A DNA stretch of 64,000 nucleotides. It comes from Octopus sinensis (Eukaryota). The notes under the pieces were generated by a model. It did not search any database. It was given only the letters and a program-made list of their open reading frames with translations, and was not told the DNA's origin. The DNA lies in the NCBI RefSeq assembly GCF_006345805.1, contig NC_043000.1:120466001-120530000 (forward strand), given 5' to 3'. Shown in pieces: positions 1 to 12,973 of this stretch. A program made the translations under genes and the position numbers. Within the stretch, counting starts at the first letter, position 1. The number at the start of each line of letters is the position of its first letter.

Positions 1-947
1 TCAGATTTTTTGCTGAAGATCATTCGGAAAAATGAAATTTCATGCTGTAATGGGTATGACCTTGAAACATAAAGAAAAAAAAAAAAACCCGAACAACATT
101 GCACAAATTTAATACCGTTGCAACGACATTCCGTTTTGTAGCTTCAATACCATATCATTATGAATAAGATTTATGAAGGTGAATTTCCTCTCTTCAACAG
201 CCAAAGAATGAAAGCAATGGAATTAGGATTTTCAATAGGAGGCAAAACGAATTCCAAGTATGATTTCATATCTTTAAAATGCTATATTAAAAAAGAAAAA
301 CGAAAATGAATAAAATCACTGAAATGATTTTGATAGTGAGCGAACACAGAAATATTTGCTTCTTGGTTTGTTGTAGGCATTTGTTTCTTTTGGCTTTCTA
401 TCGTTTCACCAGATAATCATTCGTGGTTGCAATAATGGTGTTTCTGTTAGAGGGTGGCACACCATAGATTCTGAGGGAGAGAAAAGTTGATGAAAACATC
501 ATGAGGTGTTTCACCCACTCTCCTACCGTTTCTGTCACGTCCCTGGTTTGAAATGAAACAATAATTCTTTCTAACATAGGCAAAAATTTACAACATTAGG
601 GGAGCGGTCATTGAATCTGGACACTTTGGCATAGGGGATAATTCATTCTTCTGGATGACGAATACTATCCCCAATAATTTTTGCCTTTAATACAACCCTA
701 GTAAAGCCCCCCCCCCACCAAAGGAGAAAAAATGGTTTTCTTTGAAGAAACAATCTTTATTTTCTGAATAGTTAATACATATCTCGTGGAAGATTACTAC
801 TTCATACATTATGGCATCAAAACAATCCGGATTCAGCTGACGCAGATCGTGGAACTATCTCGATTAATTCCAGCGGACTTCCGAAATGAACCATACTAGG
901 TCTATAGAAAGAATTTCGCCCGGCGTGCTAACGTTTCTGCCAGCTCA

Positions 948-1383
948 ACAGCGACAGTGGTAGTAGTAGTAATAGTAGTAGCAGCAGCAGTAATAGTAGT
1001 AACAGTGGTAGTAGTAGTATTAGTAGCAGCAGTCGTGTAGTTGCAATTGTAGTAGTAGTAGTGACAGTGGTAGCAGTAGTAGTAGTAGTAGTTGCAATAG
1101 TAGTAGTAGTGACAGTGGTATTTGCAATATTAGTAGTAGTAGTGACCGTGGTAGTAGTAGTAGTAGTAGTAGGGACAGTGGTAGCAGTAGTAGTAGTTGC
1201 AATAGTAGTAGTAGTGACAGTGGTATTTGCAATATTAGTAGTAGTAGTGACCGTGGTAGTAGTAGTAGTAGTAGTAGGGACAGTGGTAGCAGTAGTAGTA
1301 GTAGTTGCAATAGTAGTAGTTGTAGTGAGAGTGGTAGCAGTAATAGTAGTGGCAGCAACAGCAGCAGCAGTAGAAGTTGCAAT

Positions 1384-1416
<33 letters not shown>

Positions 1417-1417
1417 T

Positions 1418-1463
<46 letters not shown>

Positions 1464-1506
1464 CAGTAGTAGTAGCAGCAGCAGCAGCATTATTAGTGGT
1501 AGTATT
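948..1506. repeat. Compound (GTA)n/(GCA)n/(TTA)n microsatellite with a ~105-111 bp higher-order unit
   Basis: GTA runs interrupted by GACAGTGG, TTGCAAT and GACCGTGG. The block starting GACAGTGGTAGCAG recurs at 1063, 1174 and 1279. Confidence 0.9.
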
Positions 1507-1961
1507 ATTTACTTTTGTGCAGCTATAAGGTTTGCTTTCCTTGAGGAGTTTTTCGTTTTATTCTAATCTTTCATTGTTATATTTTCCCCTCATCTCTTTT
1601 CTTGCCTTTGCTTTCTTGTATTCCTTGCAAAAAAAATGGCATTTCCTCTCTCGACAAAGTTCATCCATAACTTCTTCATTTCTTTGAACCGTCTGAAGTT
1701 CTGCTCTTTTCCTTTGACTTCCCACATTAACAAATGACAGTGAGCTGATACTCTTGCTGTTTTTTTTACACGATTCTACAACTGTATTGAAGTCTTGATC
1801 TCATTACTTTATTATGATTTTTATTTTTGTAAATTATGTTTCACGTTTGAAAATAATTTTGTTTATGAATTATATTTTTTTCGTTTGAAAATAATCTTAT
1901 TTATAAAGTCTGCTTTTCTTTATTTTTTATCTCGTTTGAATATCATTCATTCTTATATTCT

Positions 1962-2204
1962 TCTATTTGTTTCAGTCGTTTGACTGCGGCCATGCTGGAG
2001 CACCGCCTTTAGTCGAGCAAATCGACCCCAGGTCTTATTCTTTGTAAGTATAGTACTTATTATATCGGTCCTTGTTGCCGAACCGCTAAGTGACGGGGAT
2101 GTAACCACACCAGCATCGGTTGTCAAGCGATGTTGGGGGGACAAAAACAGACACGCAAGCATATACATACATACATACATACATACATACTATATATATA
2201 TATG

Positions 2205-2254
<50 letters not shown>

Positions 2255-2409
2255 ATAAGACGGGCATCTTTCAGTTTCCGTCTACCAAATCCACTCACAA
2301 AGCTTTGGTCAGCCCAAGGCTATAGTAGAAGACACTTGCCCAATGTGCCACGCAGTGGGACTGAACCCGGAATCATGTGGCTAGTAAGCAAGAAACACAG
2401 CCACTCCTG
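1962..2409 (-). mobile_element. tRNA-derived SINE, family C (GCAGGAGTGGCTGTGTGGTAAG head), with internal (TA)/(TATG) microsatellite
   Basis: Reverse complement matches copies at 39515 and 59708. Pol III-type head, body GGCAAGTGTCTTCTACTATAGCC...GGAAACTGAAAGA, tail GGTGCTCCAGCATGGCCGCAGTC. Confidence 0.85.
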
Positions 2410-2677
2410 TTCCTCATTTGTTTACATTATGATAACAAATGCTCCTTCCACTGAGGTGAATACTTCTTTATGCTACTTCGGAGGTCGCCAACTTGAAAAT
2501 GTCTGAAAATGGTCCACTGGAAAAAAAATAACCAAAAAAACTTGGCTGTTCGTGATATTATTTAATTGTTTTAGTCACTGGATTGCAGACATGCTGTTTT
2601 ACCTTTTTGAAGTGTTTTGGTTGAACAAATCTACCTTAGTACTTATTTTTTACTGCAAACATTCCAAACGTCTTCTG

Positions 2678-2727
<50 letters not shown>

Positions 2728-2731
<4 letters not shown>

Positions 2732-2948
2732 GTTTCAAATTTTGGTTCAAGGCCAGCAATATCATGGAAGTGGGTTAGTCGGTTACATTGATACCCATGC
2801 TCAGTTAGTCGGTTACATTGATACCCATGCTTAACGACCTGGAAAGGATGAAACCTCGGCGGAATTTGAGCTGAGAACGCAAACGTGGTCGATATGCCAT
2901 TAAGCATTTTGCCCGGTATGCTAGCGATTCTGCTAGCTCACCACCTTA
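2728..2948 (-). mobile_element. tRNA-derived SINE, family A, degenerate, with internal ~30-bp tandem duplication
   Basis: Reverse complement gives GTGAGCTAGCAGAATCGCTAGCATACCGGGCAAAATGC...CAAATTCCGCCGAGG. AGTTAGTCGGTTACATTGATACCCATGCT occurs twice. Confidence 0.7.
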
Positions 2949-3074
2949 ATAACAACAACAATAAAAAATCGTGTTAACTGGAACGACTCATATACTGAGA
3001 ACTACATTATCATTAATTAATTAATTTATTTATTTTTTTGAAATACATATTTTACCTGTGAATTTGCGTGTGTC

Positions 3075-3165
3075 ATCTGGGAATGCATACAATGAGCTTC
3101 TATGCCCTAGGTGTACGGAAAACACCCGGCGAGAAATGGAAGAAAATTTGAAGAAAAAAGGAAAA
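3075..3165 (+). mobile_element. Isolated 3' UTR/terminus of an R4/Dong-like LINE, followed by (ATA)n
   Basis: ATGAGCTTCTATGCCCTAGG...AGAAATGGAAGAAAATTTGAAG aligns with the termini at 17531-17600 and 19290-19360. Confidence 0.75.
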
Positions 3166-3167
3166 TG

Positions 3168-3213
<46 letters not shown>

Positions 3214-3217
<4 letters not shown>

Positions 3218-5128
3218 GATCGACTACAAAAAGGCGTTTGATAGCATCCCCCACACTTTGATCCTCGAAACACTAGCCATTAACAAAGTTGTACCAACAA
3301 TTATAAAATACATGGGACACTCTATGAATAAATGGCAGACAGTACTACAGCTCCAAACCAAAGCCATTCCCATTAGAAGAGGAATATTCCAGGGAGATAC
3401 GCTCTCTCCACTCATTTTCTGCTTGGCACTGTCACTTCTATCGGATATGCTAAGCAGAACTGGATGCGGATACAAATGTTACGGCAAAACGATCAGCCAC
3501 CTTTTATATATGGATGACCTAAAACTATACGCTACAAATGACTAACAGTTGGAAACACTACTAAAGACAGTTCATGGATTTACCAAAGAAATAAATATGA
3601 AATTTGGATTAGAGAAATGCGCCAAAGTAACCCTGAAAAGAGGAAAACTAGTTAAGAGTAGCAACATCACACTAGATAAAACCAATGAAATAAAAGAATT
3701 AGACCAAAGCCACACTTACAAATACTTAGGAATCCATGAACTAGATAAGACACAACACACACAAATGAAAGAGAAAATAAGAAAAAGAATATTATAGACG
3801 AGTTAGATCAATACTGAAAACAGAGCTCAATGCTAAAAACAAGATTATAGGTATCAACACTTTAGCCGTCCCAGTTATAAGTTACAGCTAAAATACCCTT
3901 AACTGGACACTAAATGAACTGACCAAAATAGATAGGAAAACAAGAGAAATAATGACAGGATCTAGGATGCATCACCCAAAATCTGACATAGAAAGACTAT
4001 ATATACAACGTATAGAAGGTGGTAGAGGCCTTATACAGCTGGAAAACTACAATAAAATAACCACCATAGGATTGAAAAAATATCTACTTCAGAAGGAAGA
4101 AAAATTGATACAAATAGCGGCAAAACACGAGCAAAACAAGAAACTGTTCTCAGTATTTAAGGAAGCTGACAAATACAAACAAGAAATCATACCACCTAAC
4201 AAATATGAAGAAGAAGAAGAAGAAGATGAAGAAACAACAAAAGCTGTAAAACAAATGAAATCCAAACTAAAAATAGGACAGCAACGAACCATGGTAAAAC
4301 GATGGCAAGAAAAGCCCCTTCAAGGCAAATACTGGACTAAACTAAATGCAAAAAAAATAGACAAAGAAAAATCCCAGCAATGGTTGAGAAGCTCAGGACT
4401 CAAAGCAGAGACAGAAGGATTTTTAATTGCAGCACAAGACCAAAGCCTCCCCACCAGAAATTACCAAAAACATGTAATGAAAAGAAATATAACAAGTAAC
4501 TGCAGAATATATGGAGATGGACAAAAAACAATAAATCATAATATCTCTGGCTGCCCAGTCCTGGCTAAGAAGGAATATATTCACAGACACGACAGAGTTG
4601 GGACCTATATACACTGGAAACTATGCCAACATTATGAAATAACAACAGAAGAAAGATGGTATAGGCACACACCAGAAAAGGTCACAGAAAACGAGAAAGC
4701 AACCATACTCTGGGATATGCCAATACACACAGATAGAGAAATTAAGGCCAACAGACCAGATATAGTTGTCAGAGATCATGAAGAAAAAAATGTTTCCTAA
4801 TTGATGTATCAATACCAGCGGATGACAACGTGTCTCTAAAAGAAATGGAGAAACTTTCAAAATACAAAAGCCTGGAAATAGAGGTAACCAGAGTGTGGAA
4901 TCTAAAAACAGAAACAACTCCTATCCTAATAGGTGCATTAGGCATGATAAAAAAATATTCAGACAAATACATAACAAAAACACCAGGACATACAAACACA
5001 TATAACATACAGAAAATTTCACTACTAGGCTCTGCACACATCCTACGTAGAACACGTTCCATACAATAACCATCAGAGCATCACAACAAATCACAGCACA
5101 TACCTAAGGCACACAGAGCTACTCGACC
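3214..5128 (+). mobile_element. 5'-truncated R4/Dong-like non-LTR retrotransposon (RT, CCHC, restriction-like endonuclease), disrupted
   Basis: RT motifs IDYKKAFDSIPH, RGIFQGDTLSP, LYMDDLKLY; degenerate zinc knuckle CRIYGDGQKTINHNISGC; RHDRV; RLE NRPDIVV...IDVSIP...EKLSKY. Stops and frameshifts. Begins directly after (ATA)n. Confidence 0.9.
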
Positions 5129-5820
5129 TGAAGAAAATTCTAACTGGATCCCACCTGCAACATCTATATTCCTTCCTGTGTCTGTTAAATCTTATGTCCC
5201 TGCCACACACACCAGCTTAATTTAATTCGTCCTTAGTCGAAAGACACCTGTTGTTGTGTCCTGTTATTTATGTCTTGTTATTTGACACACAATCACCCAA
5301 CTGTTTCAAAATAAACTCTACATTTAAACACATACATCCTAATCCTCCAAAGAAGTTTTTCCAAGGACTATTATTGAACTCTAAAATCATAAAGACTCTA
5401 CAATGTATTGTTATACTTATTTATTAATTTTTATATATATGTATTATTATTTTTTTGAAAAAAACATTGTAAATTTTTTTCCCCTTCCTCAATTTAAAAA
5501 AAAAATTCCCCTTCTAAATCTTGAAAATTTGCCTTGCAATGAAAGTCAGTTTGATTTACTATTTGTTCTTTTTTAATTTTCCATACACCCATTTGTATTT
5601 ACTTTCAATTTAGCATCCTGCCTTATAAAAAAATATAAAATACACGTGGAAGTGTAAGGGTAAAAAAAGAAAAGTCAACGAAAATGCATATTGCAGTATA
5701 AAAAGACTATTTATGATAGGTAGTGACAAAAATATACATTTAGAGTATTACGAGTCAAAAAGGTCATTATTATTGATAATTATAAGAAGTTAATAATAAT
5801 AATAAAAAGGTAAGGGACTG

Positions 5821-5860
5821 AAACGAACCAATTGGTTTTCGCGTTAGCTGTTCATCGTTT
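5821..5860 (-). ncRNA. Decayed minimal hammerhead-ribozyme-like motif at the Penelope 3' end
   Basis: Minus strand AAAC-GATGA-ACAGCTAACGC-GAA-AACCAATTGGTT-C-GTTT. Helix I AAAC/GTTT, 12-nt palindromic helix III, UUC site. The CU of CUGAUGA is missing. Confidence 0.45.
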
Positions 5861-6663
5861 GAATAACACCGGTTAGTAGACGGTGTCAGGTCTAATAGTT
5901 CCTGAGAGAAAAGATTATTTGTAAGGGAGGTAAGTAGTTCTGGATTATATGTATAAGGGAGGTAAGTAGTTCAGGAATTAAAAATGTGAGTGATGTAGAA
6001 ATTGAATAGGGTTTAGTGGTTTAAATTGAAGAGTTAGTGGTGTTCTGTATTGAGTTGTGTGTTCACATTTAGTTGGGGTAGAAATTTGTTGATGAAAAAT
6101 GACTCTTTATTCAACCTTGTTGCATTGTGGTGTTCTGTGAGCATTGGTAAAAGGGAAATATTTGGAAGTTGGGATTACGATTCCTGGCACATCTTTCTAT
6201 GTGTTCACTCACCTTTAACTGTCTGTATTGTGGGTGGCGGATTTGCTCTTTGTGAATGGTGATTTTTTGACGGAGCGAAATTCCTGTTTGTCTAATATAG
6301 AGTTTACTGCATCCTATGCATATCATGGCATAAATTACCTTTGCCGAGGCGCAGGTGAAATTTGATTTGATCTTAAATATTTTTCCTTGTTTGAATAGGA
6401 ATTCTGAACCCTCCAGAAGGTGGGGGCATGTTCCACAATTGGAACGTCCACATTTTGTCACTTTTGGTTCCGTAGTTAGTGGGTAAAGTCTAGCGTTGGT
6501 TAGTATTCTTTTCAGTGACTTCAGTTGCCTTTTGCTTTTTATAATTTTATATGCGCTTAAAATTTCGTTCATCGTTTTGTCTGCTGTGAGGATGGAGAGG
6601 TTTTGGGTGATGATGTTGAAGGCTTCGTTATTTCTGGGGTTATGTGTGAAGATGTACGGGTGT
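5821..6663 (-). mobile_element. 5'-truncated Penelope-like element: GIY-YIG endonuclease region and 3' UTR
   Basis: ORF 6111-6572: IIKSKRQLKSLKRILTNAR, CGRSNCGTCPHL, FTCASAKVIYAMICIGCSKLYIRQTG...LKVSEHIERC, then frameshifted KESFFINKFLPQLN. The 3' UTR holds a short direct repeat (TAAGGGAGGTAAGTAGTTC) and a hammerhead-like relic. Confidence 0.88.
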
Positions 6664-6849
6664 ATTACATGTGTATTTTATACGCACATGCGCTTGCATA
6701 CACAAACACTCACGTGCATATATATATAGATAGTAAAACGAAAAAATGGTCTCCAGGATTAATGCCAATCCTTTCGTGATGTTACATCAGAAATAGGTAA
6801 TTAACTCTTCATGTACAAATATATACATATATACATATACGCACATATA

Positions 6850-6891
<42 letters not shown>

Positions 6892-7020
6892 ATATGTGTG
6901 TACATATATATATATATATATATGTGTATATATATGTACATATGTATGTACATAGTGTAATATGTGTGTATATATGTTATATATATATAATATATTATAT
7001 ATATATATTATATATATATC

Positions 7021-7052
<32 letters not shown>

Positions 7053-7385
7053 TATATAATATGTATGTATATATCGTTTATACGTGATCGTCGTATGTAA
7101 GAGAAGAAACAACCTCAATGCCAGCATTTTAGAGCTGATTGTAAAGTAAAGTAATTTAACATCCTGGATGCGTTACAGCTCATTTCATGTTGTTGCTTTC
7201 CTTTTACTCATTTTACTCCCTCTTCACGTGGTTCACACCTGAAGAGTTAATTACCTATTTCTGATGTAACATCACGAAAGGATTCGCATTAATCCTGGAG
7301 ACCATTTTTTCGTTTTACTATCTATATATATGCACGTGAGCGTTTGTGTATGCAAGCGCATGTGCGTATAAAATACACATGTAAT
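6664..7385. repeat. Long inverted repeat (arms 6664-6811 and 7240-7385, ~147 bp) around a TA-rich spacer
   Basis: The arms are reverse complements with only a few differences (e.g. GGATTGGC/GGATTCGC). The left arm abuts the truncated Penelope ORF. Confidence 0.9.
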
Positions 7386-8297
7386 CTCTCTGTTTCCACT
7401 CATGCTCACGCATGCACCTACGTACATGCATAGATGTTGATTTTTTTTGTCGACATATTCTATTTGACCAGGGCTTGAAATTATCGATGTTGTTAAATAT
7501 GAATGTTGCTTGTTTGCGGTATGTATTTCTTGCCTGTAAAATGATTTTCAATAGATTTTCACTCAAAAGCAACATTCTATCCTTCCTCTTAAAGCTTCAG
7601 TTATATATTACGCATATAAGAAATCCATAAATTATCATAACATATAACCTTTTATAGTTTAGAAAATATATTACAGATCATAAGAAGACACCAACTCGCG
7701 TAAAATGTATTGCATACGGAAAGCAAAATATTATTGCTTGACTAAGAATAGCTTGAGGTTATATAAAACGGGGAATTCATCATGAAAGTGCTTGGAAAAT
7801 ATGAAATTGTGGGGAAAAAAATACTTGTACTAAATCATCTCTTTCTTTAATCTGAACTGTATTAAAACTTCAAACATCACGATAGACGTTAAAAAGTTAC
7901 AAACTAACAGCGTAATGATAAATCATTGGAAACATAACAAGTCTGCCTAAACCATTATCGAAATGTTTATTTTAAGCTAATATGGAAAAAGTTAAATGAT
8001 CAATGAAAGAAAGACATCTGTTGGTAAAGTTAATGAATTTCTTTCTTATGATATTGATGTTGTTATTCAATTATCATTAAATATTGTTGCGACTCAGTAT
8101 TTATAAATTCATATACGCACGAAAGGCATGCACAAGTACACCTCCATTTATATATAAAATATTATATATATATATATATATATTATATATACATACATGT
8201 TCACAGAAGCATATATATTCATACAAAGTCCTACGCGCATTCTTCAGAAGAGAATAAGTGAAAAGAAGAGAGATATAGTTCTAAGGTACACATAATT

Positions 8298-8880
<583 letters not shown>

Positions 8881-8899
8881 GTCTTATGTTTCTTTCTGC

Positions 8900-9062
8900 A
8901 TTAGAAAGCGGCCATGCTGCAGCACATCTCCAGAAATATTTGCCGAACGAATACATTTTTTAAAAGCCTGGTACTTATTCTATTGGTCTCTGGCGTCGAA
9001 CCGCTAACTTAACGGCGACGTAAATAAACCAACACTGGTTGTTAAGCAATGTGGGTGGGGCA
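8900..9062 (-). mobile_element. SINE family C, 3' portion
   Basis: GCGGCCATGCTG...CCTGGTACTTATTCTATTGGTCTC...GAACCGCTAA matches the tail at 1962-2140. Confidence 0.7.
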
Positions 9063-9099
9063 ACCATAGATCATTTTTCAGGATTTCGGAAAGACGATC

Positions 9100-9415
9100 C
9101 GTCTCGCCCCTGGCAAGCTACGTTTTGCATCTTACAGATGAAGAAACTCTATCCTATATTAACAGGAGCGGACGCTGCATGCTTTGCAGAGCAGAGCGAG
9201 CAAGGATCCTTAAAGATTCCCGCTATCCAAAATTACCATTATATTCCCAACATGAGATATATTGTTCCTGCCCCCATTCCAAACGCTACCTGCTGTAAGC
9301 ATGGGATTCCCCATTTATTGATTAGAATAGGAAAATGTCTTTGCGAACTAGAAGTATCCTAAGAATAGGGGTTCCCCATTCGCTACTTTAACCCATATGG
9401 ACTGCCAACTGAACT
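9100..9415 (+). mobile_element. Highly degenerate RTE-clade LINE C-terminal relic
   Basis: One frame reads HLTDEETLS...RARILKDSRYPKLPLYSQ...KRY, resembling the RTE RM.DSRIPK.LLY..L motif. Confidence 0.35.
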
Positions 9416-9524
9416 GGTCTTCGGGGGATAACTCGCCCTCGCTGACCCACTCTTTGTTTATATATTAACTGACCGTAACAGATTTCTACCTCTAATTTGA
9501 AGAGGTATATGTGCTCCGCCATTC

Positions 9525-9584
9525 AAGTCTGGTGAGTGGTCAACAGGGCTAAGCGCCTTATGGATGCGAAACCATTGGTCACTC
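9525..9584 (+). ncRNA. Decayed type I hammerhead-like motif
   Basis: AGT-CTGGTGA-(31 nt)-C-GAAA-CCATTG-GTC-ACT. Helix III ACCA/TGGT, GUC site, helix I AGT/ACT. The invariant A6 is changed to G. Confidence 0.4.
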
Positions 9585-10186
9585 TATGACCGGACGTATA
9601 TGTAACTGCATATGTGTGTGTGCGTGTACGTGTGTGTGTGTTTCTCTGTCTGTGTGGGTGAGTGTATAAATATTCTTTGACCACTCTGTTCAACTAGTAT
9701 ATATTTTATCGATCGCTAAAGAATGAATATTACTTCGACCCCGGCGGTATTTGAATACAGAACGTAAAAAGCCAGAAGGCATGGCACGGACAAGCTACAG
9801 GTATGTCAATTATTTCCCCAATAACCAGACAAAATATTGTTCTACGCACTTGAGAAATAAAATCATAAAAGTATATAAACCAAAACTATTACAAATTATA
9901 TAGTTTTTTCTGTTTTATATCTTTAGTACATTTTGAATCTGAGCAGGCATTTTTAATGATCCACTGTCGCTATAGGCAAATTATGGTCTGCAACAAAATA
10001 GCATATTTTCAGTGTTCTTGCTGCAGAGAACTGTGTCATATGAAGAAGGACGGAACCCTATAAAACCAGTTACTTTAGATGCTTCTTTTGGAAAGTTAAT
10101 ATTTATTTTTAAATGCCTTTCTGTCCTTTCGTAGACCTCTGTCAATATTACAGCTACATATTTTGCTCAAATCTATCTATATAGCG

Positions 10187-10306
10187 TGGAGGCGCAATGA
10201 CCCAGTGGTTAGGGCCCGAGGTTATAGTAGAAGACACTTGAACACAGTGGTACTTAACCCGGAACCATGTGGTTGGGAAGCAAGATTTTTACCACACAGC
10301 CATGCT
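10187..10306. mobile_element. Chimera: SINE B head (+) fused to SINE C head (-)
   Basis: GGAGGCGCAATGACCCAGTGGTTAGGG runs directly into CCCGAGGTTATAGTAGAAGACACTTG...CCACACAGCCATGC. Confidence 0.7.
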
Positions 10307-10734
10307 TGGGTGTATATATATCAGATATTTGTTATATCTTTTTGACATTTTACGGCCATACTATGCTGTCGATTTTGGTTTCTTCAGGTCAACTTAGATT
10401 CTCAATAATCCTTATCGGAATTTTTGTAATTTGCTTTGTTTTCGTTCCATTAAGAAATGGCGATGTTTTAATATCATAGAAATTGCTATACAAAATTTTC
10501 CTCTTAAACGTGTACATACACACACACAAATACAAACACGTTATATATGTATTATTTTTTCAGCATGCTGTAATAGTTGGATACACATGCGTTTCTATTT
10601 CTTCGTTTTCTTTCTCCGTTGTTTAGTTGTTTCAGTTATTAAACGGCGGCCATAATTGGGGACACCTCTTGAAGAATTGTCTATCTTATTTTTCAAAAGA
10701 ATGAATACTCGTACTTTTGTCTTTCTCACATCGC

Positions 10735-11035
10735 GAGCGCCAACCTAATGCACTTCAGCACATCTTTGGTGACCTCTTGCTCACTGCCACTCCACACACC
10801 CTGTCAGTACGGTCTTAGACGATGACTCGAAGCGCAAAATATGATAGTTTTATGGACTTGATTGCCGACAATAGATGTCTTAGAACTTTCAGCTACTCTA
10901 CTGATGCAACATTTGTGACCTTGTCTTTCTGGCTTATTTTGCTTAATAGCTCCACACCTCAAATGTATATATATCTTCTTCATTGCTCTGTACGTTGTCC
11001 AAATGTCTGTTTCGTAGAGGACAATTGGAATAATT
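10735..11035 (-). mobile_element. RTE-clade LINE C-terminal relic
   Basis: IIPIVLYETDIWTTYRA (cf. VLPTLLYGSETWT), followed by the frameshifted KDKVTNV segment. Confidence 0.55.
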
Positions 11036-11039
11036 GTAT

Positions 11040-11297
11040 GTGTGTGTACGTACATACTTATACACATGAGTACATACATACATACATACATACATACATA
11101 CATACATACATACATACATACATACATACATACACATAAATACATACATACACATACATCTATATCTATAGATGATATATATGTGTGTATATATATATAT
11201 TAATATATATATATATATACATTGTATATAATACGCAACAATATATACATATATGTGTATATATATATTAAAGATGATATATATATATACACACAAT

Positions 11298-11335
<38 letters not shown>

Positions 11336-11663
11336 TATAAACACACATATTTATATGTATGTATAAATACGTATAGATATAATAGATGTATTATATATAT
11401 ATATATATATAAATGCATATAAAAATCAATATATAAATATATTGATATACATACACAGACATATATATACATATATGTGTATATATATATTAATAGATGA
11501 TATATATATCTATTTTATGATTATATATATATATATATATATATATACACGCATATATATGTATATATGCATATGCATTTATATTTAAATGTACATATTT
11601 ATAACTACAGGAATACATATACATACATACATATATATATATATATGTATATACATACATACA

Positions 11664-11701
<38 letters not shown>

Positions 11702-11730
11702 CACACGTATGCTTACACACACACACGGAT
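11040..11730. repeat. (CATA)n and (TA)n microsatellite field
   Basis: Direct reading. Confidence 0.9.
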
Positions 11731-12454
11731 GTATTAAAGAGACCATGAAGCAAGTAATATTCTGCTATTCGGGTTAAATAGATCCAACACCTCTTCTCCC
11801 CAACATCCAATTCTCCATCTTTGTGTAAACTCAATAAATTATTTTGTCTCGGTAGATTTTGTTGTGTGTTTATTTACAACTAAGTGACTACGGTGTTGTC
11901 TTGAAATGTCTGGCGGCATAACAACAGACTTTCACTCCAATGTTCAGACATAAATAGAGACACACAGGCATGCACACACTCACACAGTCCCAAACGAGAG
12001 AGAGAGAGAGAAAGAGAGAAAGAGGAGGTGAAAGGAGAAAGAAAGAAATAATGAGAGCGAAGAGATGTAGAGACAGTGTCTGATAGAATAAAACGAAGAA
12101 GAAATGTCGGTCGTGTTTAAACAAAGCTTCAAGATTGATAATTATGTCACGTTTATAAATCTGATATTACTAAAAATATTGAAAGCCAGTTCACAGTGAT
12201 ATAGCACAGTAAATATCTCTCGGCAGGTGTCTTGGCTAAACATTATATTCTCTGTATCTGAATATAAAAGTCAAAATGTCATGTATTACTTCATACCTAG
12301 ATAATAGCTCCATCAGAAAGATTCCTATCTAATCTGTATCTAAATAGTAGCTTCGTTTCTCTTACAAAAGTATCGCCCATGTATTCATAGGTTTTATCTG
12401 TAACCTCAAGTCAGCCCTGATTTTTGTTCTATGTTTTATTCTGCAGGAGCTTCA

Positions 12455-12800
12455 ACTGGATGCAAGAATTACAAGTGCTGACACAGTAATGAACCAGCTT
12501 CAGCATTCGTTCCTCAAAAGAGGAGAGATTGGTAAAGAAGCCAAACTCGCTATGTTCAATTCGGTTTTCATACCTATTCTCAACTATGATTTTCAATGTT
12601 GTCTAATGATTTGGACAGTACGATCGCGAATTCAAGCGGCCGATATGGAGTCACCCCAAATGATCTCTGGAGTAACGTGACTCGACAGGGTGAATAACTC
12701 GGAGATTAGAGAGCCTCTCCAGGTTGAATCGCTACTTCTCCACATTGAGAGGTCACAACTCCGGTACGACGGACATGTGATTAAAATGACACAGAAAAGA
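12455..12800 (+). mobile_element. RTE-clade LINE relic (post-RT region)
   Basis: KLAMFNSVFIPILNY...VRSRIQAADM...SGVT*LDRVNNSEIREPLQVESLLLHIERSQLRYDGHVIKM. Confidence 0.8.
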
Positions 12801-12973
12801 CTCACAGATTCGATTCTTTAAGTCTACTTAAACGTGCTCCAGCATGACCACAGTCCAGTGACTGAAACTAGTAAAGGGATAAAGGGATCCTGAGGCCTAA
12901 AAGTAAATCAAGAACAAGATGGGTGGGTAATATCCAGTCAGCACACACACATACACACACACATATATTCAAA

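Noticed and set aside
600-900. Possible Tc1/mariner 3' relic
   Set aside because: Only a vague FHDLRQ-like peptide on minus; no TIR pair found.
1020-1528. Long hydrophobic poly-Leu/poly-Val ORFs resembling membrane proteins
   Set aside because: Translation of (GTA)n repeats on both strands.
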